This document shows positions 1 through 12,300 of a stretch of 64,000 nucleotides of DNA, piece by piece; position 1 is the stretch's first letter, and the number at the start of each line of letters is the position of its first letter. A program made the translations under genes and the position numbers. The DNA is from Nemertoderma westbladi. Taxonomy: Eukaryota; Animalia; Xenacoelomorpha. The stretch lies in NCBI GenBank assembly GCA_032718475.1, contig JAUCBJ010007223.1:1-64000 (forward strand), given 5' to 3'. A model generated the notes under the pieces. The model worked only from the letters and a program-made list of their open reading frames with translations. It ran no database searches and was not told where the DNA came from.

Positions 1-2
1 CT

Positions 3-3000
3 TTCAGTTATTGGAGTTCCTTCCGGTACTCGCTCCGCATATCCCTTTGTGATAAATTTCTTCAACTGAGTTTGGTACATTTCCTTAGCTGAAGCGTTTG
101 CCGTAAGACGTCGATGTAATTGATTGATTCTTTTCTCAGCCAAGGGTCTGTTATTTATAAATCTGGGTTCCCGTTTTCGGAAGGGTAGTCCGATTTCATA
201 TCTACCTTGATCTTTTAAAAAACGTGTGGTTGTTTCCTGGATTTGCTTGGCTCTTTCTTCTTCTATCGACAGGGCTTTGTCGTATGAATTGGGTTCTACT
301 AATTCTTGGGTAAAGAATCGTACGGCGAGTTCGTCCCGAGTTCTAGCGTTGTAGCACTCTACCTCGTCATTAAGTTCGTCATTATAAATAATGGATTCCG
401 TTGGGCGAATCAGTTGACATAGGTTCGCTTGGTTTTTCCAAGTTTGATTCTCTGTAAGTAGGTCAATTGTGTTCTCTTCTTCGAAGAGTTGGTAGATGTC
501 GTCATTATCTGAGGAGTATGGTGTTCCCTCAGTTAGTTCGTCCACCTCACTGCTTTCCACTTCCCAATCATTTACTTGATATATTTGTTCGTGTGGCATT
601 CTCTCTTCGAGAGTTCTACGGGAAGGGCCAGTAAAGTACCAACCTACTCTAGTTCTTACCGCATAGGTTTGCAGTGGTTGTGGTTGAGCAGGCCTTTTCT
701 CTAATGTTTCGAGCGCCTCGTGAGCGTTTTGGCCGATGAGTATTTGCACTCCAGGATAATCTGTCTGGAATCGAGGTATCTTAAGATGTTGGATGCTCTC
801 ATCTTCGTCCCAATTATAAAGGTCTGCTTGAGTAGTAGCAAAGTTCTTTATAGCCACCATTTTTACTGACCTTATACCTTGTGTTCCTAACTTATCCTGG
901 GGGGTGGACAACACACCTACATAGTAATCTGCCGTTAGGGTAGATTTCCAAACCTGCATAATTCCTGACATATTCAATTTAGTCCGGAACTTGGGTTGTC
1001 CAGCAAAGATATCTTCGGCTAGTTCTTGATCGATGAATGTTCCTGTGCTGCCGGAGTCAAGGAGGGCGTTCACTATGTAGCTTTTGTTAAGACCGTGAAC
1101 TCTTACCTGAACTACAGGAAATTCTCTGATTCCTACGTTGGAAGCTGGAGATTTCCAAGATGGTTGTTTGGCGAAAGTAGTTGGGGAAAACTCATCGTTG
1201 ATGTCCTTTTTGTAAGTAAGTGCTCGATACACCGCGGTATTTATTAGATAACAGGATTCATTGGCGTCGGAGAATTCGTCAGTATAGAATCCTTCCATCT
1301 CAGACTCTTGATCAGTGTCGTTTACGTCACTAAATTGGACATGTAGTTCGGGCTCACTTACCTGACTCTGTCTGTCTCGTTCGAACTCACTGTGTAACAA
1401 GATGTGATGTTTCGCGCCACACTTTGCACACTTTATGTCTGAGTAACAGGTTCGCCGTTGATGTCCTGGTCTGAGGCAATTATAGCATAACCGCTTGTCC
1501 CACACGACTGTACGTCTGTCTACAAGGGATTTCTTTAGAAATTCAGCACACGCACTCAAACGGTGGGTCCCGTCGCACAGCGCACAGTTAGGTTTTATGT
1601 TACTCACTTTACCTTGGGTAACTTGATGCACTCTCGTTTTTTCTTCGGGTTTTCTTCGGTGCATTCTGTTAGGAGACTGAGGAGGGGTCTTGGCAACCTG
1701 TTCTCTCCTATCGTTGTTTCGAGCCTTGTATTTACTTACGTCCTTTGAGGTTTTGTCAACATAGTAAGATCGGTCTGTGTCTTTCCCGCTGTCCTCTTCT
1801 TGGGAAGCTTGGCTTTCGCCGTCGTCAGTGTAACACACCGGTGTTACTCTTCTCCTAGAAGTGGGTTTCTCACTTACCTTATTTTCCGATGTTTTCTCTC
1901 TGGACTGCTTGATGAGTTGTAGTTTTACTTCACCATCTAAGAAAGACATGGGATCAGCCATGGTAGGACTTCGTCGTTGTTGTTCATTCATGTACAACAC
2001 TTTCTTGTCCCAGCGTGTACATACTCCACCCTTTGGTAAAGTAGAGACTACGGCTCCAATAACCATGGAACTCTGATATTCATGCGACTTACCTAACCAG
2101 TCCAGTTGTCTACAGATCTCTTGAATTTCATCGGAAAACTCTATAATCCCGCTACTAAGGAAGTGTCGGGGGGCTACTAATTTTGCATACAAATACTTAG
2201 CTATGTTATCCTTGTTACCATACCTGATGTTTAATGTATCCCAAACTTGTCTTAATCCATCTGGATGTCCAATAAACTTTAACGCCATTAACTTGGGAGG
2301 TCCTTCCAAGCACTTGATGAGGAATCTAAGTTTCTCTCCGTTAGATAGTACAGAGTTCTGTATGCTATCTTTGTAATATTCGTTGAAAGGTAACCATTTC
2401 ATCTCATCTCCATTGAATTTGACGATCTCTCCCACTTTGACCGCTTGGCGGGCTTCTGTTCTAGCCATCTGACGCGTAAAGCTTTCTTGGGCCATCGTGT
2501 TATTTAATATCGAATTATCGGTATATAAATTTCTCGGATCATTATCAGGTCTATAGGGAATATCATTAATAACAGGTCTATAATCACCCTTAATAGGGTT
2601 TGCTATAGGAGTTTCAACTTCACTAGCAGTATAGATGCATGTAGGCTCCACACCTTGCGCATGTAATACTTCAGACCTAACAGGTTGACACAATGTTACA
2701 GGGGGTATTGGTATGCCCTTTTGTATATTGACTAATTTGTCGCGTTCTAGCGCGATACTTTGCTGCACTTCTTGCAACTCTGCTCTACCTTCCCTCACTG
2801 TTCCCTTAAGTTGGTGGACAGTCTCCTGCATCTGTCCTAGCAGGAGATTCATCCCCCGCCGTCCCTCTTCCACCCACTCAACCGCCGAAGCGGGAGTCGC
2901 CAACATAGTAGCGGGCTGACGCGGGACGACGGGAGACAAATTTTTGATTTCTCTCTCTGCTATCTGGACAGGGATATTCTCTTGGACTGTTCCACCGGGT

Positions 3001-4823
3001 ACAGGCAGTGTAGTACTATGTAAAGGGAATTTAGAGTTAAGCTCTGGAAGTACAGGGGTCTCTAACACAGAAGTGACTTTGGGAACGACAGGCCTAATTA
3101 TCTCAGGCTCATCAACTATTGTAGAGAGTCTTTGGACCTTAATACTTTGGGCTGTAGGTTCTATACTACTCAAGTCTGTGCTAGCTAGCTGTCTTCTAAC
3201 AGCTGGGGGCAAATCAGGCAATTTGCGACGGTAAGATGTTTTTCTACGCCTACTTAGATGAGATCTATTTCCTCCGCCTTCAGGATCGGTAGTCTCGCCT
3301 TCCTCCGAGGATGTGTATCCCTGGCGCTTGGGAGTAGATTTTCTCATCATCTGCATTTGATTAGCAGTAAACTGTTTATTTATACTGTCTTGCGTCTCTT
3401 GCAGATTTTCCAACTCCAATTGGATAGTCTCCTCAGAAGCTCTACGTTCTGCTTCTGCCACTGCTGCTTTTCTTTCTGCTTCTGCTTCTGCCGCCTTTCT
3501 TTCGGCTTCTGCTTCTGCCGACTTTCTTTCGGCTTCTGCTTCTGCCTCTGCCGCCTTTCTTTCGGCTTCTGCTTCTGCCGACTTTCTGTCGGCTTCTGCT
3601 TCTGCCGCCTTTCTTTCGGCTTCTACTTCTGCCGCCGCTGCTGCTGCCACCTTTCTTTTCTCTATCCGTTCTTTCTTTATTTGTTCTTCTCGGACTCTAG
3701 TGAGGCGGAGTTTTTCATCACATTCAGCTTGGTTTGCAGCTAACATTTCGGCATCGATTGAGTCCAACACAAGCTTGGTTCCTTCACTATTAGGGGAAAG
3801 TCCAGACAGCCGTCTCCTCAACTCTTCGTCTCCTAGGAATCGCTGATAGTCGGACAAATAAATGTCGATAGCGTCTCTAGTTCGCGGTTTCTCGGCGGTC
3901 TCTTCGCTTTCCGCTTGAGAAAGGGTGACATCAGTTTGTTCTTCATAGGTTGATCTCTCAGCCAGCTGGGATTTCCACTGGGCCGTTTCCTGTACTTTGA
4001 GATCTACCCGATGTAACCAAGTTTTGACAGCAACCTGCAGCGACGTGTCCTGTCTTCTTTTGGAAGTTTCCTCAAAGGCTGAGAGGATTAGTCGTATGCG
4101 TAGGGTTCTTTCGCATATTTGGTATAGCAGCTCTTCCTGCTCTTGAGTTCCTTGAGGTTGTCGAAACAGTTGTTCTTCCAATCGCTCCAAGGAGCCGAAG
4201 AATCCCTGCACATATCCTGCTGCCGACCTCTTCCAAACAGCTGGATCCATTGTATCTTTAGCCACTCCCATCCTGTGTATATCTTCCCAAGTAGCCTCGG
4301 ACAGATCCAACGGGAGTCCGAGTCCGGGAAAGTTCCATTGTGACTCGACAATAGACATCAATTCTTCCCTGGCGTATCCCGCATAATTATCTTGGGTCGC
4401 TCGCTTATTCCTCGCCCAGTCGGCTTGATGTTCCTCCACCGCAATGAATATAGTAGTTAGCACTGCAGCAGGAAGGGTAAGAAGGGGGTCCGAGTAGACT
4501 GTAGCAGCCATCTGCACTCCGCGTTCGGGGGTCAGCTCTACAGTATCCGAACTGCTGGAGCTATCGGGTTGCTGGGAAGTAGGTTCTTGACCAAGGTGTT
4601 GCTGCGATAGGACAACTGCCTCTTGGTTCCGTTTGACCTGTGCCCGAGTGCCTATGATGGACCTATGGTGGATTAGCCTAGGGTCTGATACTACTGGAGG
4701 GATGACCTTTTTTGCAGTAGGAGGTGAGTTGAACTCCTTTCTTAATCGCTCCACACTCCTATCTGTGTCACAGATAGTTGTATCGATCAGACTGTCTGAC
4801 AGGTTTTGCTGAGTGTCAGACAT
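3..4823 (-). CDS. BEL/Pao Gag-protease-(pre-RT) polyprotein, 3'-partial (~1600 codons in window)
   Basis: ATG at 4823 (MSDTQQNLSDSLID...). Contains the Gag core KFNGDEMKWLPF, three Cys/His knuckles (CALCDGTH, CYNCLRPGH, CAKCGAKHH), protease ALLDSGSTGTFI (~1035-1070) and the pre-RT segment GRYEIGLPF...NNRPLAEKRINQLHRRL. Absent from the ORF track, presumably because no stop lies in the window; I did not check every codon. Confidence 0.85.
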   Translation of the reverse strand, partial: MSDTQQNLSDSLIDTTICDTDRSVERLRKEFNSPPTAKKVIPPVVSDPRLIHHRSIIGTRAQVKRNQEAVVLSQQHLGQEPTSQQPDSSSSSDTVELTPERGVQMAATVYSDPLLTLPAAVLTTIFIAVEEHQADWARNKRATQDNYAGYAREELMSIVESQWNFPGLGLPLDLSEATWEDIHRMGVAKDTMDPAVWKRSAAGYVQGFFGSLERLEEQLFRQPQGTQEQEELLYQICERTLRIRLILSAFEETSKRRQDTSLQVAVKTWLHRVDLKVQETAQWKSQLAERSTYEEQTDVTLSQAESEETAEKPRTRDAIDIYLSDYQRFLGDEELRRRLSGLSPNSEGTKLVLDSIDAEMLAANQAECDEKLRLTRVREEQIKKERIEKRKVAAAAAAEVEAERKAAEAEADRKSAEAEAERKAAEAEAEAERKSAEAEAERKAAEAEAERKAAVAEAERRASEETIQLELENLQETQDSINKQFTANQMQMMRKSTPKRQGYTSSEEGETTDPEGGGNRSHLSRRRKTSYRRKLPDLPPAVRRQLASTDLSSIEPTAQSIKVQRLSTIVDEPEIIRPVVPKVTSVLETPVLPELNSKFPLHSTTLPVPGGTVQENIPVQIAEREIKNLSPVVPRQPATMLATPASAVEWVEEGRRGMNLLLGQMQETVHQLKGTVREGRAELQEVQQSIALERDKLVNIQKGIPIPPVTLCQPVRSEVLHAQGVEPTCIYTASEVETPIANPIKGDYRPVINDIPYRPDNDPRNLYTDNSILNNTMAQESFTRQMARTEARQAVKVGEIVKFNGDEMKWLPFNEYYKDSIQNSVLSNGEKLRFLIKCLEGPPKLMALKFIGHPDGLRQVWDTLNIRYGNKDNIAKYLYAKLVAPRHFLSSGIIEFSDEIQEICRQLDWLGKSHEYQSSMVIGAVVSTLPKGGVCTRWDKKVLYMNEQQRRSPTMADPMSFLDGEVKLQLIKQSREKTSENKVSEKPTSRRRVTPVCYTDDGESQASQEEDSGKDTDRSYYVDKTSKDVSKYKARNNDRREQVAKTPPQSPNRMHRRKPEEKTRVHQVTQGKVSNIKPNCALCDGTHRLSACAEFLKKSLVDRRTVVWDKRLCYNCLRPGHQRRTCYSDIKCAKCGAKHHILLHSEFERDRQSQVSEPELHVQFSDVNDTDQESEMEGFYTDEFSDANESCYLINTAVYRALTYKKDINDEFSPTTFAKQPSWKSPASNVGIREFPVVQVRVHGLNKSYIVNALLDSGSTGTFIDQELAEDIFAGQPKFRTKLNMSGIMQVWKSTLTADYYVGVLSTPQDKLGTQGIRSVKMVAIKNFATTQADLYNWDEDESIQHLKIPRFQTDYPGVQILIGQNAHEALETLEKRPAQPQPLQTYAVRTRVGWYFTGPSRRTLEERMPHEQIYQVNDWEVESSEVDELTEGTPYSSDNDDIYQLFEEENTIDLLTENQTWKNQANLCQLIRPTESIIYNDELNDEVECYNARTRDELAVRFFTQELVEPNSYDKALSIEEERAKQIQETTTRFLKDQGRYEIGLPFRKREPRFINNRPLAEKRINQLHRRLTANASAKEMYQTQLKKFITKGYAERVPEGTPITE

Positions 4824-6194
4824 GTTTAGCTATACAGTTGAATGTCTACTACTATAGTTTCAGTTAAAGCAAGTCTGGTAATTCAGTATGACCGCAAGCC
4901 TAGCGATTTATTACCGATACCGTTACTCGGTGTAACATGATATATATACAATATATTAGAATGCCGGTATGCTTATAATATATATAAGTATTATTACAGA
5001 CTAGATTTGTCACAGAGTACCGGTATATAATTTTAGCACAAATATATATAAATATATAATAGGCCTATAGTGAATACCGGTATACAGCTTACACTTATAG
5101 TATATATAAATATAATTATGAACTAGAATTAATTACAGAATACCGGTATGATTTCAGCTCAAATTTATAGAAATAAATATAATAAGCCTATGGTAAGTAC
5201 CGGTATGTCAATTATTTTTAGAATAATTAAATTTCTGAATATTCTAAGGTTACTTGGTTACTTTAACTTACTTTATTACCGTTATTTAAGCAGTAGTTCA
5301 ACTGATATTGAGACCTAGTTGTTGTATGGCAGGCCTACTATTTATAAATCGTTTGAGTTGATTTATAATAGATATATACCCGTTTAAAAGGGGTTTTGTC
5401 AATATTTGAAATAAATGTTATTATTTCTGGGGGAGTCACTACACAGAAGCTGTACGCTCTCAGTGAAGTGTTACTTATTGAGACACTAAAACTGATAATT
5501 CTAATTTACTTAAGTTACTTAATACTACAAATTACTTACGATACGGGTGAGATTAATTCTCTAATTAAACACAACAAAAATATTACGTACAAAATTTTTA
5601 GGGTAATTTTACAGGAAGTCTACAAACCAGCCTAACAAAGGGTTAGAATTCTGGTTATTACAACGGACAGGGTACTACGGTATTTGAAATAATAAGTAGT
5701 AGTAAATATATTGCACTGTCCAGATAGGAAAATACCACCGCCTGACGACCTATAACCGTATCGCTATAGGTACTACGTTATGTATCACGGAGTGTTCCTA
5801 CCCAGAAGTTAATAGAGCTAACGAATGTGCCTATCAACCACTTTACAACACAAATATACTGCCTACACACTAATTACTCTCGGAAGCACTGTACGCTAAA
5901 CCCTAAATTAGGTACAAGTACTGGTACAACAAATAATCAGTAGTTAAATATACTTGAACAGTTAAAAGAACCACGGCATCTGCTGGAGTGACCAGAGCAC
6001 AAAGTCACCAGTCTTGTCCTACGCCAAGCAGCCCGTGTAGTACCGGGGTTAATTTAACTATAACGGTATGTATAACAAGCACAATTACTGTAGGGATAAA
6101 CTTGGGGACATGAATGTTGCGAATAATCGCATAAACTCTGAATAATAAATATTACGCTACCCGTACAGAATACTCAAACAAAATACAAACCAAA

Positions 6195-6715
6195 CGCTGG
6201 CAGACTACCACCAAGCCTAAATAAACTACCGTACGTGTAGCTTCTGAAATGGTTAGTTAGTATGCGTTCTAACACGGTAGTACGACTTATTCTTTAAGAG
6301 GGGATTGACCTTACAGCATATGGCTGCCCCAACTTACTAACGGCACTTTATCAGACAAACTCCACACATACAGCAATCTCTTCAGACCTAATAATAGCTA
6401 GACAACAATCCAGCCTACAAAATATCTGAGTAATAACTATTACGGTACCTGAACAGACCACACAAACAAACACAGGCTAAAACACTGGCAGACTACGATC
6501 AAGCCTAAATAAACTACAGTATATGCAGATTCTGAAATAGTTAGTTAGTATGCGTTCTAACACGGTAGTACGACTTATTCTTTAAGAGGGGATTGACCTT
6601 ACAGCATATGGCTGCCCCAACTTACTAACGGCACTTTATCAGACAAACTCTACACACGCCGTAATCTCTCTAAACCCAACAACAGTCAGACAGCAGCTCA
6701 GCCTACAATTATCTG
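6195..6715 (-). repeat. ~290-bp tandem duplication in the copy 1 leader
   Basis: CTGGCAGACTAC...TTATCAGACAAACTC occurs at ~6197 and ~6485 with a ~110-bp identical core. Confidence 0.85.
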
Positions 6716-7071
6716 AACAATCTGAGCAGGGTCACACGCCTTCTGCTCAATATTAGCCTACTAGTAAATAAAACCGACAGAAATAAGTAGAATCTCAATA
6801 AAAATTCAGGGCTGCAGTCCCTGATTAAGTACTAAGACCTACCGGTATACACTAATCAAATTCGAATAATACTAATGTACTGATACAGCAGTACCGGTTA
6901 GGACAGTTGGGCCTACAGACCTACAGAAGTACCGGTTCTGGCAGTTGGACCTACGGACCTACAGCAGTACCGGTTCTGGCAGTTGGGCCTACTGACCTAC
7001 AGAAGTACCGGTTCAGGTTTACCGGTCACTACGGTATTTTGCAACCTTATTGCTTACTGCAATAAGATCGT

Positions 7072-7081
7072 TAACTGTTAT
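7072..7081 (-). promoter_or_regulatory. Non-tRNA primer-binding site candidate of copy 1 (ATAACAGTTA)
   Basis: Directly follows the LTR end on the minus strand and is the perfect complement of LTR-internal 7846..7855. Confidence 0.6.
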
Positions 7082-8300
7082 TGTTCGCGCTTTTGAAGAC
7101 CTTTAGCAGTTTAACCTGCCAAAATTTATATGTCTTTTAGTTAATTAAAACACCTTTAGCATACGACAATATTTTATGCTAATAAACAAAACATTAGCCG
7201 AAGTCAGCCCATGCGCGATTATTCACCCGATGGCTACGCCCGGGAGGCTGAATTCGGATGCTTAAATTTTATTATTGCAGTGTAAGGTTGCAGTGTAAAT
7301 CTACTGTATTATTCAATTGATCACTAATATATAATTTCTGACAGATATTATTAGCTTTCGGGAAATATTAACAGTTCCTTTAGGACGTGGCGCTCTATCT
7401 ATTTAAACAGAACTAGGACTTATACTAAACGCAACGATACTGCTTATGATTAAAGTATAAGGCGCATTCTTTAGGAAATGCTTTGTTACCAATCACAATC
7501 ATGCACACTATTCTGCCGACCGTCAGTAAATTTGATCACACATAAAGAGAGCAGCAATTGACTCATGTAGGGTCTGCTAAATAACATTAGATTCAATACA
7601 CGCCACATTGATATAAAATCGCAATTGTTATGTATAGCCTGTCTCTCTAACCTGTAGTGTATCAAGAAAATTGGGAATTTTGGGTGATTTATCCGTATTC
7701 TCCAAAGAGCAATATTTCCTCAATAAATCGATACAATTAATAACTGACGGTAAATAACAGTACAAACAATATAATTAATAAGTAAAGTTCGGAAGAATAA
7801 TATGATTATTAGTGAGTTAGTTAGGTAGGTAGGTAGGTAGGTAGGATAACAGTTATACTTTCGATAATTTAAGCAGTTTTACTAGAGTTCTTCCCAAAAG
7901 CCGGTGTTATGGCGAAAAATGGGAACACAACAACAGAATCATATGAAGAATCATATGACTAGATGACTATACGAGGATACCAACTACCCTTATTCCCCGA
8001 AGCTCCCGTCCAACACAGAGGATGAGCATACAGATAGGAAATTCAGTTCAGTAGCTCTGGGATAGGTCAAAATCAACGCCCACTCAAATTCTATTGGCCG
8101 ATACGGACAGCAGGGCTGAGGCAACCTCCCTAAGCTGGTTGGCCGATTAAACGGAGCCCAGATACCTTCGTACAGCACATCAGCCAATAAGCTGGTAGCT
8201 TGCACTATTTTGCTATAGATCCCTTTTAGAGTATTCTAGCGACCGGGGGGGAACTGGCCAGCAAGGCAAACGAATCAGTTATCCCACAAAAGCTTTTACA
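7082..8300 (-). repeat. 5' LTR of copy 1 (1219 bp)
   Basis: TGT...ACA termini shared with copy 2; the 3' part is homologous to 12570..13331; length matches the 1220-bp 3' LTR of copy 2. Confidence 0.8.
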
Positions 8301-8320
8301 GCTCAATTACAAGACGTGCG

Positions 8321-8339
8321 TGACGTCACTGTGACGTCA
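8321..8339. promoter_or_regulatory. Two tandem palindromic CRE/ATF-type motifs (TGACGTCA)
   Basis: TGACGTCA at 8321 and 8332, 20 bp outside the copy 1 LTR; motif match only. Confidence 0.25.
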
Positions 8340-9304
8340 CTGTACTCACGGTGAAAGCAAAGTCCATCAAATATGAGATGGCTCTGTTCAAGTGTCAAGT
8401 TAGGGGGATGGGGGTGGGGTGGTGTTGGGGGGGGGGGGATGAGCAATGAGACACCTCCAATGTTATATAGTGCATTGTACTTGGCATAATGAACCCAGTG
8501 AACTATTCTTGTTGAACAGTTAGAGCCCAGCGTCTAGTAGGTCTACATAAAAGTGGAAAATATTGATGGAGTTCCACCACTTCCCTGATTCTGATAATCG
8601 AAGCCACATACGGTAAGTAGCACATTTGTTACAGTTACATTTTGGCATCTAGCGGTTGATAAATAAAATATAAACATTAAACAAATTACAATAGAATAGG
8701 TTACAGTTTTATTTTTGAGAGTAATCAGCTGTTATTTGCGTCAAATTTCCCCTGGAGAGGGATTAATTTTTATTGCGTCCAGTTTTATTGCTCCCTCTCT
8801 GAGTCATTTAGTTATTTTATGAGTTATTTGTCCACGGGGAGTTAACGAAACCCTCTGCTAAAAAAAAAGGCTGATAAATAATGTCATAAGGATATAATGA
8901 GATTTACAAGAGTCTCAATTGTCAAACACTGTAAAATAATATATGCGCTGAACCATAAAGAAAATAATAATTAATATTTAGGGTTTGTTGATAATTACTT
9001 AAAGACAGCGAACCTGCTAATTTTAAATTATTGCTTATACAAAATGGTGTCATTGCGTTACGGGTACTGTCGCGCTACGGCTAATTATCGCGTTACGGCT
9101 ATACTGTCTTGGTTTTACATAAGGAATCATTATCAATATTATTCTATGGTAAATATAAATTAATACTTTTCAATTGTGCTTATTTCTTTTGATTATTTTA
9201 GTATAATAATTAAAAATATATATATAATATTCTATGGTGTTTACGTACAGATGAGCTGCGAATAATTTAATGTAATAATGTTTTACAGCATGGGGGGGGG
9301 GGGG

Positions 9305-12300
9305 TGTAAAAGCTTTTGCGGAATTGCCCGGTTATTTTTCCTTATTTTTCCCGTAAAATACTCTGTAGTTGGTTTAGTAGGCGTAAGAGGCCGTATTATT
9401 GCTGTATCGGTGTTTTTTAGAGGACCTAAGAGCTATTTCTTCCCTATGTGCACTTTGGAAGACATGGTTGGTGATTCTATGGCAATTCTATGACGCAAAA
9501 GGGGCTAGACGGTCAGGGCCCTAAACCGATTAGGTTCTCTGTTCGCAGAACACCGAACACTATTCCGGCCACGGAACTAGTCCAGCAGAATGCCTTTATA
9601 GAATCCTGGGATTTGTGGGACGAGAGGATCTCAGCAACTAAGCGAAAACGAACAATAGGATGTTCCTAGACCCCCCCCCCCCAAAATTTATCTAGAAGAC
9701 TTTTTCCCATATACATTACGTTTCAAAAGTCTACGGTTCTCCGGCTAGGGCCAATTTGAGTCAAAAAGTCAGCCTCCCTAGCAACCTCGTTGCTATGGAG
9801 ATAAGTCCAGAACCGCTAATGCTACGGACTTGGGACCGGCGCCAAACTGTAGGCAGCATATGGGTTTACCTTCACAGAGCTTTTTTTTGGAGCGATCAGA
9901 TCATGATCTTGACCATGATCAGCAAAGATCAGTTTTGATCAGCAATCGGACACTCAAGGCTTGCTCCAATCGAAAAACTTAACATTACAAAAAGATTCAG
10001 CGACCCCACATTAGTCATGATTCCCGTTAAAAGATTTTAAAAAAAGTGAATTCTTACTGGTCAAAACGCAAGATCATGATCGCGCAAAGATCGGACTTCG
10101 TAAAATCGTAACTAAGCATTTTGGATATAAACAATTACTGTAGGAAACGTTCAGAACACCGCCTTGAGTCGATTAAAAAAAAAATTGGCTCAATCGGACA
10201 ACCGGTTCTCGAGATCTGATACCTGATCATTAAAGATCATATTTTTCGGTTTTTTCCAATTTTCTCGAAAACTTTGTTTGAGACCCCCGATTTTTTTTTT
10301 ACGAATCGACTTCTATGGTGAAGGGGCAACTTTTAAGCATTTCGAAATTTTCAAAAAGCGATTTGATCAGGCCGCGATCAGAAAAGATCGTGTTTTTGGT
10401 TTTATTTCGAAGACCAAGTCCTGGGAGTTCACCGTATGGAAAAACTTAACATCACAAAAAGATTCCTCACCCTCGAATTATGGGGGGTAGCCAAAATTTG
10501 GGCATAAAAAAGTTCAAGTCTAGTGGGTCAAAACTCAAGATCATGATCGCGAAAAGATCAGTGTACTTAAAATCGAATCTAAACATTTTTTTAATAAACA
10601 TTTATTGTAAGAAATGTTCAATGGTCTATTCTGAGTTGATTAAAAAAAAAATTGGCTCGATCGGTCAACCGGTTCTCGAGATCTGATACCTGATCATTAA
10701 AGATCATATTTTTCGGTTTTTTCCAATTTTCTCGAAAACTTTGTTTGAGACCCCCGATTTTTTTTTTACTAATCGACTTCTATTAAGAAGGGGCAACTTT
10801 TAAGCATTTCGAAATTTTCAAAAAGCGATTTGATCAGGCCATGATCAGGAAAGATCGTGTTTTCGGTTTTATTTCGAAGACCAAGTCCTGTGAGTTCACC
10901 GTATGAAAAAACTTAACATTACAAAAAGATTCCTCACCCTCGAATTAGGGGGGGTAGCCAAAATTTGACCATAAAAAAGTTCAATTCTAGGGGGTCAAAA
11001 GATCATGATCGCGAAATGATCATTTTTTCGAAATTACTTCTGAGCATTTTGGAGCAAAACTGTCAAATTAAAAAACATTCACTGGAGTGTTCTAAGTAGA
11101 TTAAAAAAAATTTCGACTCAATAGGCCAACCGGTACCGGAGATATGGTCGTCCAAAGTCTGCTTCCGGTAATTCGAAAATATTTCGAAAACCCTTGATCG
11201 AATTTTTTCCTTGAAAATATGTGAATGTACAGTTAGTGGACCCGCATCTAACGATATATCACAATCCATATTTCAGATGACAGGTACCGGTGAAATCAGA
11301 CTTTACCGAAAAAAATTTAAATTTTTGCTACTCATGTCTGACTATCTCGAAAACTATAATAGGTATGGAAATACTTTCACTGCAAGAAATGTTCGCCTAT
11401 CCAATGCGCTTCTAACTCTGTGCTCGGATTTTGCATAGTGTCAAAACCTACAACTTAACCCCCCCAGCGGAGGGAACGGAGTGACCGGAGCGCCAGTACT
11501 ATCTTTCATTATTATGAAGTAATAAGGGCGGTGGGTGGGGTAGGTGGTGAACACTATTTATAGGGTGGAGGGAGGGTCTAGTATATTACTTTAGGATATT
11601 TGATTTCTTTGCAATATAGTTTAGCTGCCTCAGTCTTATTTGTAATATGTTATACATTATACCAAATTATATCAAGTTTTAACATACTACATTGTCTACC
11701 TGTAGGAGAAATATACAATGTAGGGCTCATAATATATTTATAAATAGATTTAGTATATTTACATTGTATAACAGAGTTAATTGATACTATTACGGTATTA
11801 TACTAAAGACGCCGCTTTGATATATCTAATCAAATGGCAATTTCTTGTATATTATCTATTTCCCTATCTTGGGTATATCATTCAATTTCTAAAACTATAA
11901 TAATAAACATTTACTTCACTTCTTGTTTACTCGCATGGATATATTGATATAAAACACTTCAGTATAATATGTTATAGGGCCGAACGCAGATTAATCGGAA
12001 TAATATGTTTAATTATTATTACAATTGGCACATTGATGTAAGTAGTACATGAGTTTGATAAAATAATTATGAATCTGTATCTTATTCTACTTTGTCTATA
12101 TGATTATGTTATATAATAATGTTACTTTATCACTTTGGTTTAAACCGATCTCCTTTACTATTACTTACTACTTATACTACTACTACTACTACTATTACTA
12201 CTACTGCTACTGACTACTACAGAGTTATATATTATAAGAGGACGGGGTTCGTGATTATTAGTTATTATACAAGTGCCCCTCGGCTATAGAGAGTCCACCC

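Larger units (their letters stand above)
1..8300 (-). mobile_element. BEL/Pao (Belpaoviridae) LTR retrotransposon, copy 1; 5' portion, continues beyond the left window edge
   Basis: 5' LTR 7082..8300 reads TGTAAAAGCTTTTG...GCGCGAACA on the minus strand, the same termini as the copy 2 LTRs. A ~2.2-kb leader and a gag-pol frame homologous to 16461..24999 follow. Confidence 0.9.

Noticed and set aside
1026-4351. Short ORFs listed across copy 1
   Set aside because: Antisense or off-frame shadows of the minus-strand gag-pol frame.
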